Below, in pieces: positions 39,361-51,906 of a DNA stretch of 64,000 nucleotides. A model generated the notes under the pieces. The model saw only the letters and a list, made by a program, of their open reading frames with translations. It was not told the DNA's origin and searched no databases. Every line of letters begins with the position of its first letter. The stretch's first letter is position 1. This DNA comes from Girardia tigrina (taxonomy: Eukaryota), in contig MQRK01244263.1 of assembly GCA_001938485.1 (NCBI GenBank), positions 1 through 64,000 on the forward strand, read 5' to 3'. The position numbers and the translations under genes were made by a program.

Positions 39361-40061
39361 TCACCATTTTGGTTTCTGAAACATAAATTAAATATTTATA
39401 TCATTAGTTTCAATGATATAATTTCTTTAGCAAAAACAACTTCAAAAATTAATCTAATTTTTTATTTGATAAAAATGACTTCCGTCAAATTATTTTTGTC
39501 TTTATTGTCACAATTAGATAAACATTTTTTTTAACTTACAAGATAGTTTCATAATTTTTGAAATTTTCTTTACTTCATTCGTTTAGCATAATTATACTGT
39601 CTCAAGTTACAATACGTCGCAGCGTTCCTCCTTCACAACCTCCATTGCTTCTTCGATTCAGTTGGAAGGATTTATTTGATAAAATAGATAACAATTCACT
39701 ATTCGTAAACAATATTTCAATTAAAAATACAAAAAACTGATAAAATTTATTGATCTTAATAAATTGTTCAAATTAAAACAAACCGTAATATTATGAAAAA
39801 TTTCGACAATAGATTCCACAAGACAAAACGGTGACTAAAATTAGAATAAATGGAAAAATATAGATTTAAAGCAAAAATTCACAGGTGTAATATTACTTAT
39901 AAAAATCATTAAATTTTCATGATACAATTAATTTTTCCATATTGAAGAAAACGTTATAAAAATACACAGGAAGCTCTGCTTGGACCACATGAAGAGATGA
40001 ATTCCTGTCGGATGGGCTTCAATACATCTTACTGATTATTACTTTACTAATTCTATTAAAT

Positions 40062-40307
40062 TCATATTTTACAAAAGCATTTTAACAGCTCTATAAATAA
40101 TATGAATCCAGCAACCGTGTTCAACAATAAAAAGAAACATTTGAAGTGCGATTTAACAGAAAATAAAAATAAGTCAGCACCAAAAATAATCAAAACAATA
40201 GTAATAATAATAATAATAATAATAGTAATAATAATCAGTACCGATAATGTAAATGTCATTAATGCAATGAAGTTATTGTAGAAAATATCTGTTTTTTTTA
40301 ATAACAA
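40062..40307 (-). CDS. Possible small hydrophobic membrane-protein ORF or exon
   Basis: 81 open codons with two hydrophobic stretches, the first partly built from an (ATT)n tract; may instead be 3' UTR of the upstream gene. Confidence 0.2.
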   Translation of the reverse strand: MLLKKTDIFYNNFIALMTFTLSVLIIITIIIIIIITIVLIIFGADLFLFSVKSHFKCFFLLLNTVAGFILFIELLKCFCKI

Positions 40308-40367
40308 TCAAACAAAAAAGATTAATGCAAAAAAATTTCTTTGTGTAAAAAACAACGTAAATAAATA

Positions 40368-42653
40368 TTAATATTCATTTTCGAAAGTTTTCATTGACGT
40401 TTCTTCGGATAAGCTGTCCATTGGCTGGTAGCATCCTCCGAAACCATTCAATTTATCTCTGTATTGATTCATTTCAGGAAACGTGGATTCCATGTTCAAA
40501 TCATTAAGAACTTCAACAGCCATATTGAGACTGTCGCGACGCGGTATGTTTTCATCTGAAGTTAAAATTTGTCAAACAAAAATTTGCCAAACACTAATTA
40601 AAATGAAACAAAATCCGGAGAACTAGTAAATCAAAAAAATCTTTTTTTTTAGAAAAGTCCATCAAAAATTGATTAAAAAATTCGCAATTTTAAACAATTT
40701 AATCGATTCGGAGTCGATATTTCGGATCCACAGCTCGAACTAGTGTCCAATCGAGACGATTGTGGTGAAAAAAATGATCGGTCGGTTAAGAAAAACATTT
40801 TATTATGTGTTTCGGTACAGTGCAACTGTTAGATCAAGGTTAAATCCATAATTATTCGGTCCAATTAAATATTTTTTGATCGAATAATTTGGTTTTGATT
40901 GTTGATTTAGAAAGCCTGCTCAAAATGTCATTTCCACTCCTTAAATCACCGAAAAATTGTTTTTAACACGAGAAAAGTATGACAAAGAATGGAATGCTCA
41001 AAGTTCAGAAAATCAATATTTTTTAAAAAAAATTCTCATGACAAAGATATCATCAAATAAACTATAATTATTAAGAAGTGCGAAAATGTATTTATCACGA
41101 AAGAATACCAAAAAAATCATAAATTTATGATAAATATAAAAGAATACAAATTTGAATTAAATTATTTTATATTTAATTTATAAATAAGCATAATTATGGG
41201 ATAATTGCAAATTCTATTTGGTGCAAAAAATGACTAATTAATCATTTACACAGTGAATTTTTTAATTGGTTCTTGTATTGTCATTGGAATTAAAAATTAG
41301 GAAAAAATTTAGTTCATTCGGACCACAGGAAGTAGTGAAAAATCGTTTAACAAATTTGTGACACACACATATGAAGACAGTTAATATAAGCATTGTAAAA
41401 ATAATTGTTTCTTGGGGGCTTATTTTTGCAAAAATTATGTGATTCGGTCATATATCATTTCAAAATATTTAATCAGAAATTAACATTTTATTATAATGTA
41501 TAAAAAATGTATCAATGATCTTTCAAATCATATTTTTATTTTTTGACATGGAATAACTCAGTATTCACTTACGTATCCAAGGAATTTTATGAATACATAA
41601 CATGGCAACGATTTTTTAGACGCTTATAAAGTTATTGATGGTAAGTATACTTTTAGGAAGATGATTTTTTATCAACAAACAAAGCAACCATCTGCACGCA
41701 TTCGTCTACAAATACTAAATAGAATTTAGTTAAATAATGTTAATTGAAGAATTTTGTTAGAAATATCTTTTAAAATGTGCACTTTAAAATAAATAATTTT
41801 GAAAAATATTTCTGTGTCACATTGTCTAAAATTAAATAGTTGCAATTGTTAAGAGAACTCATACATTTGACAGAACATTTATTACATTCATATTTTTGAT
41901 CATCTCTATGATGATCAATAGTATTGCTTTCACTTAAATCCATCACTCAATGTTTAATACTTTTCATTCCAATCTGAACTAACTTGAAGAAAATTATTTT
42001 ATTTAAAATATTTCATTTAAATTTTATTGCCTAAAATAAAATTATCTTTTATAATTATTTTTAAACATTAATTTGATTTTAATTATTTAAAAATTAACAA
42101 AAATAAAATCAATAAAATTATTTAAGTTACAATAATAAAAAATTTGAATATTAAATCTAAATAAATTAGTTTCAGATTATAAGAATTAAAATATTAATCA
42201 AATCAACACACAACATTTAAACATTACACACCAACTTTCTGATAATGAAAAAAAATATCATATTTTAATTTGATCGTATTAAGAAAGAGACCTGTTCGGA
42301 TGGTGATTTCGGGTATCCATGAGAAGTTTGTATTAAGATCCACATCTACATTTTCAGGATGAAGATTTTCACAAGGTTTGATTTTCGGAGATGGTTCTCT
42401 AGAAGAATCATTCTGATGAGATCCACTGGGTAAAGTCCAGTAGCATTCATCATTTATCTCTGGTAAACGTTGAGTTTTGTTCTAAATTATTTAATCAATA
42501 GTTTAGTTACTAAACCAGATCGCTTTTAATTACATTTTCTATGTTTGGATTAATGTCGAAATTCCCTTCATTATTAGTGGAGGAGTCTGAAATATTGAAT
42601 TGTTGCGTCGAGTTATATATTTGCGATGGATCAGAATTAACATGCTCATATGA
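40368..42653 (-). CDS. Last three exons of a host gene (42653-42516, 42481-42292, 40555-40368); low-complexity protein C-terminus
   Basis: Three stop-free exons with AG acceptors and GT donors join in phase (0, then 1): SYEHVNSDPSQIY...KSDL|NKTQRLPEINDECYW...ITIRT-D-ENIPRRDSL...CYQPMDSLSEETSMKTFENEY*. The 42291 donor (GTCTCT) is weak. Confidence 0.7.
40685..41020 (+). repeat. Dispersed repeat, copy 1 (copy 2 at 49620-49935)
   Basis: Colinear shared blocks aatttaatcgatt, ctcgaactagt, cggtcggttaa, gaataatttggt, gaaagcctg, ttgttttta.cacgagaaa, cagaaaatcaatatttttt. Confidence 0.75.
41200..41400 (+). mobile_element. 3' end of a HINE/DINE-like element
   Basis: Ends ...TTCGGACC.CAGGAAGT.GTGAAAAATCG...AAATTTGTGACACACACA...TTAATATAAGCATTGTAAAA, the same layout as 11750-11850. 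Confidence 0.4.
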
Positions 42654-42859
42654 CTAAAAAAGTATAGCAATATTAAAAATAGATCTGTTTCAAAATTAAA
42701 TTTAAAAAAAATTAGCAAATGTCAACGGAAAGTATGAGAGAGACATTTATAATAACAAATATTATATTATCAAAATCAGAGATATCATCACAAAATAACT
42801 CTTCCTTTTCAGTATATATGTAGTATATAAGGTAGATTTATATCAAACATTATCTTTAT

Positions 42860-43498
42860 TATTGATAAAACGAAGTCCGGATGAAAGTCTTCTTTTAATA
42901 ACCAAACTCATCCATTAAAAATATATATTTTAAGAAAATATATTTCGACGGATCTACCGTCATCTTCAGGTCACTAATTAATAATCAATTCACCTGTATA
43001 TAAATACAAAAATGATGATTATGTAATCGATTGCATGAAATCATACTAATCAAAAATTCTCAATAAGCTGGTTGAGACTACCGATTGATCATTAATTTTA
43101 GGGCAACGTGACCTAATTAACAATGCTTCACACAACACTCTCTCCCAATAACTGTCAAAATGCTTACACAGAATTTTTGATGTTAGTTTTGATAATTTCA
43201 AAATTCTGTGTAAGCATTTTGACAGTTATTGGGAGAGAGTGTCGTGTGAAGCATTGTTAATTAGGTCACGTTGCCCTAAAATCAATGTTCAATCGGNNNN
43301 NNNNNNNNNNNNNNNNNNNNNNNNNNNNNNNNNNNNNNNNNNNNNNAGCATTGTTAATTAGGTCACGTTGCCCTAAAATCAATGTTCAATCGGTAGTCTC
43401 AACCAGCTTATTGAGAATTTTTGATTAGCATGATTTCATGCAATCGATTACATAATCATCATTTTATATTTATATACAGGTGAATTGATTATTAATTA
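42860..43498 (-). mobile_element. Penelope-like retroelement 3' end (pLTR) with inverted duplication
   Basis: About 205-bp inverted arms (42975-43179 versus 43199-43498, minus the gap overlap) encode VSFDNFKILCKHFDSYWERVSCEALLIRSRCPKINVQSVVSTSLLRIFD*, matching the PLE GIY-YIG C-terminal pattern NFxIL...ExLxI...PxxNxQ; the minus arm continues into a hammerhead. Confidence 0.85.
42933..42974 (-). ncRNA. Minimal type I hammerhead ribozyme (PLE-associated)
   Basis: Minus strand: GUGAC-CUGAAGA-U-GACGG-UAGAU-CCGUC-GAAA-UAUAUU-UUC. Core CUGANGA and GAAA, 5-bp stem II, palindromic minimal stem III; stem I imperfect (GAC versus UUC). Confidence 0.75.
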
Positions 43499-43587
43499 TC
43501 TTTATTATGTATTTATTATTTTTATTTCCTGTAACGTGCTTTATTTATATATACGAATTTCTTAGATCAGCATATATTTACGATAAA

Positions 43588-43828
43588 TAGCGCAACCAAC
43601 CAAGTGAAAAATTTGCAACCCCCAAAATTTTCTAATTATATTTAAAATTTATAAAAAAATAAAAATGAAATTAATTTATTTTGAAAATTTGACTATACTC
43701 GTATGTAAAAATAATATTATTTAAATTCAGCGTTTAAATCAATGTTTAAATACATATTTTTTGAAATCTTTAATGTGTTAAAAATTATTTTCTGCATCCT
43801 CCAATAAGAATTTTTGGTTGTGCCCCTG
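43588..43828. mobile_element. Degraded hAT-like MITE
   Basis: Right end TGGTTGTGCCCCTG; left remnant TAGCGCAACCA; no TSD. Confidence 0.35.
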
Positions 43829-44149
43829 TTCACGATCACATTTAACATTGTAAATATTTAATTTTGATTTCTTTTAAACTAATATTAAAGTAAATTTTAT
43901 TGTTTCTTATACAATTGTAATTTCTATATAAAACAAAAATATATTTTAAATAAATGAAAACAATTATAGATCCACAAATGTTCGAATAACAATTTTTTTC
44001 TCAAATCAAGAACGAATAAACCTTCTTAGATTGTTAATATATTCGGTAAAATAAGACTAATTTGAACGAGATATAAAATCAAGATAAATTATGACATTGA
44101 TCAATTTTAATAAATTAAATTACAGATCAAAAATCGTTTCATGAACATG

Positions 44150-45720
44150 GATGTCTTACAGACAGTGGCGAGTGTATTTCCGTAAGAATGCATTGATTGA
44201 CTCCGATTTAATAAACACTTATTCGTAATTGTTGTCTCGAACTATTTTTACATTATCATAATTGTCACTATAGTAATTGTTCATATAATTATTATTCGCT
44301 AGACTGTTAATTTATTTCTGTCATGTTAACCTGATCGATTTCAAGACATTGAGTTTCTTTCATCTCATCCTTACTTGAAGGCTCTATGTTGATACAACTT
44401 ACGCTGGTATATCTAATCATATCAACCAACACAATGAGCGGGCGAGCTTTGAAAAGAGCTTAGATAATCATTTGAGATCAAGACCACCGGTGTGAAAATG
44501 TTTGCGCCTTGGTCTCAGGAATCCCCAGTAAGCGGAGTTCCAAATTTGCGTTCCATTTCTTCTTAAAAACTCCCGCTTTCAAAATATGTTCAATTTCATC
44601 GTTGAGATTGAACATTCCTTTTCGCCTCCATTTGTATACACTATTTGAAACTTTATTCTGTGAAACTCTCAATCTTTGCAGATTCTCTTGGAAAGGATAC
44701 AATGACCATTTCATCCTTTTGTAATTTCTTATGTCAATGAGATGACGTAACTCGATTGTATGATTATTTAGTCGCTTTTTTTTCAGTGGTGAAACTTTCC
44801 CCTTCTTGTACCGTTCTAGTAATTTCGTATTCACTTTTTGGGAACTTTCCCATTCATTTTCTGCTTCCCTGGCCTTGCGCTGCAACTGGTACATAAATAT
44901 TTCTCGATCTTTAATTACGAAATCTTTTCGAATACTTTTCTCCAATCCAATTTTCGGTTTTCAATATGTACTGCTTTTGTATTTAATTAAAAACAAAGTT
45001 ATCCAATCATAATCAGAGCTGCAATTACAAAGATGTTTACATAGACTATCTTTAATCCATTTCATGTCTTTTCGTATGTACAAGGAAATAATCCAGCAGC
45101 TCCCTCTTCTTCGTTGAAGGATGTGTCCAGCTGATGCGTTTACTCAAATTATGCTTGAATAATGAGATCAATACTTTCATACAATTTTTTTCGGCTAGAG
45201 ATACTAATCTTTCCCCATTTTCTGATGTGGTTTTACTGAGTGCATACTTTCCAACGCTTGGTACCTGATTCTCTCCGTCAAAATGTTTGCAACAGTTGAA
45301 GTCTACTCATACTATCATCATATATCCTGACCATCCAACCTCAGCTTCTACTATACTGATCATGGGGTTTAGAAAGTCATAAAATTCTGCTTTTTCATCG
45401 TATATGTAACCGAAATCAGTGGATGTGTAAACACTCGCAATGATTACTCTGTAGGAGATTATCTTCAATTTGAAAATCCTAAAATGTTGCGTTTATCATG
45501 TCTTGAATAGTCCAGAATTGTCGTTCTAAATATACGTTAGAATTGTGATGGCAGTCACTTGAAACACTTAACCAAGGCTCTAAGCTTGTTACAAAATTTT
45601 TTATAGGGTTTCAAATCGAAAACCTTTTTACCATCGATATCAATATCCTTGGACATCAGCAAGATTTCCATTAAGCTTTGACTAAATCAAGTCTCATTCG
45701 ACTATCCCCCTTCGCCTATT
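44150..45720 (-). mobile_element. RTE-clade LINE remnant (APE endonuclease and linker)
   Basis: ASVYTST...DEKAEFYDFL...IV*VDFN...VGKYAL...ENGERLVSLA...FKH...ISWTHPS...LLDYFLV (about 45445-45078); ORF 44945-44478 is the linker. Confidence 0.85.
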
Positions 45721-45759
45721 CACTTTGTTCAATCGTACTCAAAATCTGCAAACTAACTT

Positions 45760-45925
45760 GTCTTTAAATATGGGACAAGAACGATTAAAAAGGATTTACA
45801 CAGTGGTGGAACAAATATATGATCGAAGATATATATTGCAGAAAGAGGACGGTAAGAAGGTCGACAGAAATATAGAAAAAATAAGCAAATTTTTTGAAGG
45901 GGGAAATGAGGAAATTAAATATTAA
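45760..45925 (+). mobile_element. Gypsy integrase C-terminal tail, polypurine tract and start of 3' LTR
   Basis: YTVVEQIYDRRYILQKEDGKKVDRNIEKISKF, followed by PPT GAAGGGGGAAA (45896-45906) and TG at 45907. Confidence 0.7.
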
Positions 45926-46377
45926 AAAAATTATTTTTTAATAATTTGTTTAATTTAATTTGTGGGTTTAATAAATCTTTGAAAACAATTCCTACTTTTA
46001 ACTTTAAATATAAGATAATAATTATTTAGAAATCGACACAGTTAACAATTTTTATGTTATTAATTATGAAAATTTAGTTTAAACTTTTTTACTTTAATAA
46101 AATTAATAATTTTATTGAAATCATAAAATCATTAATTTAAACTTTTTAATATTTACATTACAATTTAACATGTAGATCATGCTCGAACAATTACTTGTCA
46201 CGAACATCAAAAATACTGATTTTCCATCAGGACGAGAGAAACACATTTTCAAATACAAAATATCAAAATTAAAATATTCCTCAGAGTTTATTCATAAAAT
46301 GCACACATACATACGTCTACATATATTATATATAAGACTATTTTATCTGGGGTAGTTATCTAGTAATTATTATAATA

Positions 46378-47188
46378 CAGGGGTGGCCATAAGTCGCTTT
46401 ACCCAGTTTTAATAAGAATAAACACAAAATTCTAAATGATACAACTTTTATTTAATCAGCGTACAATAATAATTTCAAAACAAAAACTTGAAAACAATTA
46501 AATCTTATCTTCAAAGTGTTGTCCTTCAGATTTAATACACAACTGGATTCTTCTCTGAACAGAGTGACAGATTAGTCGGCACAAGTCTTTATCGTTGTTC
46601 AAGGCTGCAAATTCTGTAGTAATTCTTTCTTCAACTCGGATATGGTTAGAACATTTTGTGAGTAAACGCGTTCCTTCAGGATAACCCACATTGAATAATC
46701 ATAAGGTGTCAGGTCCGGTGATCATGGAGGCCATTCAGTGGTTCCTCTCCTGGCAATCCACATCTCAATCCACATCGAAAGTTCTAACATTTTCTTTATT
46801 TTCATCGGTATTCATATTGTTAGGGTGCCCACTTCTGTTCTTGTCGGTTACAGAGCCGGTCTCGTGAAACTTTTTAGCCAAAACATGCATTGATTGTCGT
46901 GATGGAGGAGCGTCATTAGGATATTCTTTTGCAAATGCTGCATCTACAGCTCTTGAATTTCTATCATGCTTTATCCACTGCTTTACTATAAAAATTCGTT
47001 GCTGAAGTGTTAATTGTCGTGCCATACCAATATTGCCAACAACAATGAACAAAATGAAATAATTTTAAAATTTTTTAAATAAATAATTATCAAAACAAAC
47101 AATTTTATCTGGTTTTTGTTTATAAATCATTTAGAATTTTGTGTTTATTATTATTAAAACTGGGTAAAGAGACTTATGGCCACCCCTG
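46378..47188 (-). mobile_element. Internally deleted Tc1/mariner element (WPPRSPDL class, DD41D-like)
   Basis: About 62-bp TIRs CAGGGGTGGCCATAAGTC.CTTTACCCAGTTTTAATAA.AATAAACACAAAATTCTAAATGA with TA TSDs; N-terminal HTH (KKFHETGSV..KNRSGHP) fused directly to EWPP*SPDLTPYDYSMWGYLKERVY. Confidence 0.92.
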
Positions 47189-47324
47189 TATATATTATTA
47201 TAGATTGTTGAAGAGAAATTAAATTTAATTAATTACGTGTAAATAAATAATATGGAAGTGATTATAATCTCATTTTTTATTAATGGAAATTAATTTTCAA
47301 AGAATTTTATTGTCACTTTCAATA

Positions 47325-47493
47325 CCCAATCGCAAAGTTGGGCCCTAAAGAGGGCCGTATGGCTTTCTCCTTCGATTTTCAATTCCTCAGTGTCGACAAT
47401 GTCGATTTTACTTTTCTTGGGTTTTCTTTTATCGCAAAATTTGGCCGATTTATTAATTAATAAATACCCATAAGAATGCCCGACCAAAATATT
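47325..47493 (-). other. Candidate exon with a basic cluster
   Basis: Open frame ...YLLINKSAKFCDKRKPKKSKIDIVDTEELKIEGESHTALFRAQLCDW|GTATTG; the phase-0 donor is compatible with the 42653 acceptor, but its own acceptor is unclear. Confidence 0.3.
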
Positions 47494-48059
47494 CTTTTAT
47501 AAAACTTTATTTTTCAATAACACAAAATAGCACACAGCTTTATATTGTTCAAATCAATAGTATCAATAAACGTATTCACAAACGGATAATCGATGCGAGT
47601 TTATTGGATCACAGTTTATTAATATCTAAACTATAAGTCTTCTAAACGAACGATAACCGTTAAAATCTCAAAGTCAAATGAACCCTTATTCTCCTATACA
47701 GGATACTGAGTTCAACTTCAAGAAATAAAAAGGAAAGAATTTAAATAAATTTACTCTACACGGAATCTTCTTTTAAAGTTTGTTGTAGGAAATTATTGTT
47801 GTGTTTATGACTGAACCCGTTGCTGTTTATATACTAGCTTTTTCTAACCTTGACAATTGAATAGCTAAAACAAATCTCAAAATATTTATAATTATTCCAC
47901 AAATTTTATTAAAATAATGTAAATCGAAAATTGTTGATTTTTTTAAAAGAGAATTATTTTCAATTAATTTTTTACAACATTTTTTGATTAAAAATTTTAA
48001 ATAATATTTTGGAACCCCAACAATATTAACAATTTTTTTTGGGATTTCCATGGCTGATA

Positions 48060-48527
48060 AGGATGTGAAAATTAACTGTTGTTACTAAATCAAACAAGTC
48101 CAGATGAAAATCCAGCAAATTTAACCGTTATTTTCTCCAGGATAATGCCCAAATACATAAAAGTGGATTCGGTACAAGTGCAATCGAAAAGTTGGGTTTC
48201 CACAGTATCTTGCATCATCCCTATTCACCTAACCTAACTCCGAGTGATTTTTCTTTGTTCCTCCCTCTCAAGAAACACGTAAAAGTAGACTTTTCACCTC
48301 AAAAGCAGAATTAAAAGAGGTTGTGCGAAAATTACTGGCGAATGAACCCACAAATTTTTACGACAATACTTTCTTGGAACTGGTAAGACGCTGTAAAAAG
48401 TGTGCACAGATGGTGGGTCCTATATTGAAAAATAAATATCTATACATACCCACCAATGTTGGTTAAAAATTATTCATGTGTCAAGTTCTTTTCTATTTCA
48501 ATCCGGGTGCTTCATGGACCCACAACG
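48060..48527 (+). mobile_element. Mariner 3' fragment
   Basis: FLQDNAQIH...LHHPYSPNLTPSDFSLF.PLKKH...LVRRCKKC...GSYIEK*; terminal GACCCACAACG|TA. Confidence 0.85.
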
Positions 48528-49439
48528 TAGAGCTTCAAAATATTTTAATCCGCTATTATGTAGGCTATTTTTAGGATAAAATCAAATACAATTACAGTGG
48601 TCGACTATCACAGTCAAAACATAACGAAGATGAGTTGTAAAGTTTCTATGTCTTGTGATGATAAAGCAAAGACCTGTTATGAATCTTAATTCCATGATTT
48701 TAATTCGCCTTAGCAGAATTTTCAAATGTTAAGTGGAATGTTGTTACTTCACTAATGACCACACTTGCATCAGATGTAGTGATAGTGCTTTTGAGAGTAA
48801 ATCATTTGTTATAACAGAAGTTGTTGTATTTGAAGTTCCAGAGGGATTCTAAAGACCGTATGAAGCAATCCTCTTATATAAATGTTTTTGCACACTTTAA
48901 ATGTTTAGATAAAGTTTAGTATGATTATATCCTTCAACATTTTGTGAAATAATAATAAATTTTCAATTATTAAATTAAATAGTCATACAATTCAATCTTT
49001 TTATTTAAATTAAATCAGTTTTCCATTGTTAATTCATTCTTGATTTCACTTCAATCAACAAGGAAGATTAACTCTAGCTTATATAAAAAGAAGCATATAT
49101 ATTGTTAAGTATCCATTAGAAGAGTTTTTAAATTTCAAACAATTTACCCTTTAAATATTTCGTCGTCTTGATAAATATAAATTGAAATTTGAAAAGTGAA
49201 ATTGTATGAGCAAGCAGAGTAAGTGAGATTATTCTCAAAATTCACATGAACAGCACAAAGTTATACTTCTAACATCACATTAAAACTTTCTAAACTTAAA
49301 TTACACAGATTGTTGATTATATTACTGTAATATTTATCTATACCCTTGATCAAAACCAATTATAAATATTGAAGTACATTCATCCAGAGTGCGATAATGC
49401 TGGTTTTAAAATAATTTCATTTAAACAATGAAAAATTAA

Positions 49440-49477
<38 letters not shown>

Positions 49478-49619
49478 TTTTTTGAAACGTTAACAATTTT
49501 AAAATTTAATTATAATTTATTCTTTCGGTTTCACAAAAAAATTATTAAATCAAGATGTCTTTTTAAAAACTATGCTTTATGTGACTAAAAGTCCCTCAAA
49601 TATCGATTAACAGTTTCGT

Positions 49620-49935
49620 AATTTTTAAAAATTTAATCGATTTAATGTGCAAAACTCGAACTAGTTGTCCAATTGAGTCAGTTTTGTGACTAATTAACCG
49701 GTCGGTTAATTAGAGCATTTTAATAAATGTTTTGATGCGGTATACCTGTAGTTTCACGGTAGAATATCGAACTATTTCGTACGACTTGAAAATTTTGTAT
49801 TGAATAATTTGGTGTCGATTTCTGAAAGCCTGATCATCGGAGCACCGTTTCTGCACCATAAACCACTAAAAAGTTGTTTTTAGCACGAGAAAATAATGTA
49901 AGGTGAAATACTCCGAGTACAGAAAATCAATATTT
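49620..49935 (+). repeat. Dispersed repeat, copy 2
   Basis: Colinear similarity to 40685-41020. Confidence 0.75.
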
Positions 49936-51906
49936 TTTTTATTTCCTCATATATAAGTTAATATAAGCATTTTAATGATAAATGAAAAAAATAGAATTAT
50001 ATAGAAATTATTAATAAAATTTTTAATGATCGTTAAAGTAACAGAAAAAATCTTAGTTGAAGAATTGTGCATATTTCTTGAAGGAATTTTCTATATTTCC
50101 TTTATATTTCAAATAAAAACTAAAATTTATATTTTTTAATATGAGTCTTTAATTAAAATTTTTAATTAATAATTAATTACCAATAAATTATATTATTAAT
50201 AAATAAAACATTGGTAATTACAAATGAATAAAAATATTTGTACATCAGTTTTAAATGGATATATTTGTTATTAACAATATTTATAATTAGAATTGTATCT
50301 TAATATACAACATCCTGTGGATTAACATATCTATGTACACTTAATGATATAGTAACTTAATATACTCATTGTTAATAACAATTAAATACAAATCAATAAA
50401 TATAATTTATTATAAACGTTGAGTTCCTGGTGAAAGTGTTTTGATGGAAATAAAACTTGACCAAAAAATACTCTCACAGTAGATTAATTTTAGTATTGAT
50501 TTATCGATTCTTGATACAATCGACTTCTTTTCATCACAATATATTCATATCATTGTGATAACGGATGTGACGATGCAATTTGTCAATCTTTATTTATTAA
50601 TATATTATCGTAACCGCACATTTTATATCGTAAATGAAGTAATTTATGATAATCAACAATTAATAAAATTGATAAATTAATTCTTCAAATTATTATATGC
50701 AAATAATTATTGCAACCAACGATTTCTTGTATGCTGAAGTAATCATACAGTGAAAACGTTTAACATGATGGATAAGCTTTTCAAATGTGTTCCTTCTTTG
50801 CTCATGATGTGGTGAAAGAATTCCAATTGTCATTTTCTGATGTGTCATGATTAATTTTTCCTTTAAATGGTTATTCACTCATGTAAACACCATTCAAATT
50901 ATAAACACTTCTATTCATTTATATAAACAACTTTATTTACTTATATACGTAAATACGAATAAAAAAAATTTAAATTCGTTAATTTAAATTTTAGAACATG
51001 GTACTAGTCTGAGTCCAACAAAGTTTCCTAGTTACCAAAAATCATTAATGTTAATCCAAATCGTCATAACGGCAGTATTGTATAATATAACAAGACTTTT
51101 GATTTGAACATATGAACTATCGATCGGCACTTTGTCGCGGTAACCATGGAAATGAGTACCGCTACCATGGCGAAAGTGCAAATCGATCGTTGCACAGTGC
51201 CCAAATGTGCTTATCGATAGAGAAAAATGTGCTACGAATGTGCAAGTATTTTTTTATACATTGAGAAGCTCTAATAGCGAAAACAATCGGATCTGAACTC
51301 AAACAAGTTTTGGATGAAAAGAGCAGCCCACTTAAAGTCGAGGATTTTTGAACAACTGTGTGAAGAAATGGGAAGTCAACATAAGAGCTTAATATTTCAT
51401 ACCGAAATAAGATGGCTATCTAAAGGTCGCGTTTTGAATCGCTTCTTCGAATTAAAGAAAGAAATTGAGGAATATTTTCCCCAAGAAAACAGAAAAGAGT
51501 TCTGCAAATTATTACAAAATCAATTATGGTGTTTAAAAGTTTCATACTTGACAGATATATTTGGTCATTTAAATGCACTAAATTTAAGCATTCAAGGTAA
51601 ACATGAAAATATTTTAGAGAAGGCAACATAAGTATGTTCGTAAAAGTTGAGGAAAGTAAAACTGAAACATTGCATTTTCTAACTTGCAATCACTTGACGT
51701 TCTTACACGAAGAAATTTCTCACTATTTTCCAGACATTTTAATTGAATGCTATGATTGGATACGTATTTCTTTGTTGAATCTACTCATGATTTAAATCTT
51801 TCGGAAGAGGAATTATTATGTATTCGTAATGATCGCTCACTGCGACTGAAACATTCCGAAATTTCTATTGATTTGTTTTGGGTAGAAATTCGAAAAACAT
51901 ATTTAA

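Noticed and set aside
11194-42420. Other CTGATGA heptamers (about 11194, 38062, 42413) as hammerhead cores
   Set aside because: No stem II followed by GAAA; two of them fall in exon or splice-site sequence.
43250-43393. 47-bp direct repeat on both sides of the gap
   Set aside because: Identical overlap of contig ends; an assembly artefact.
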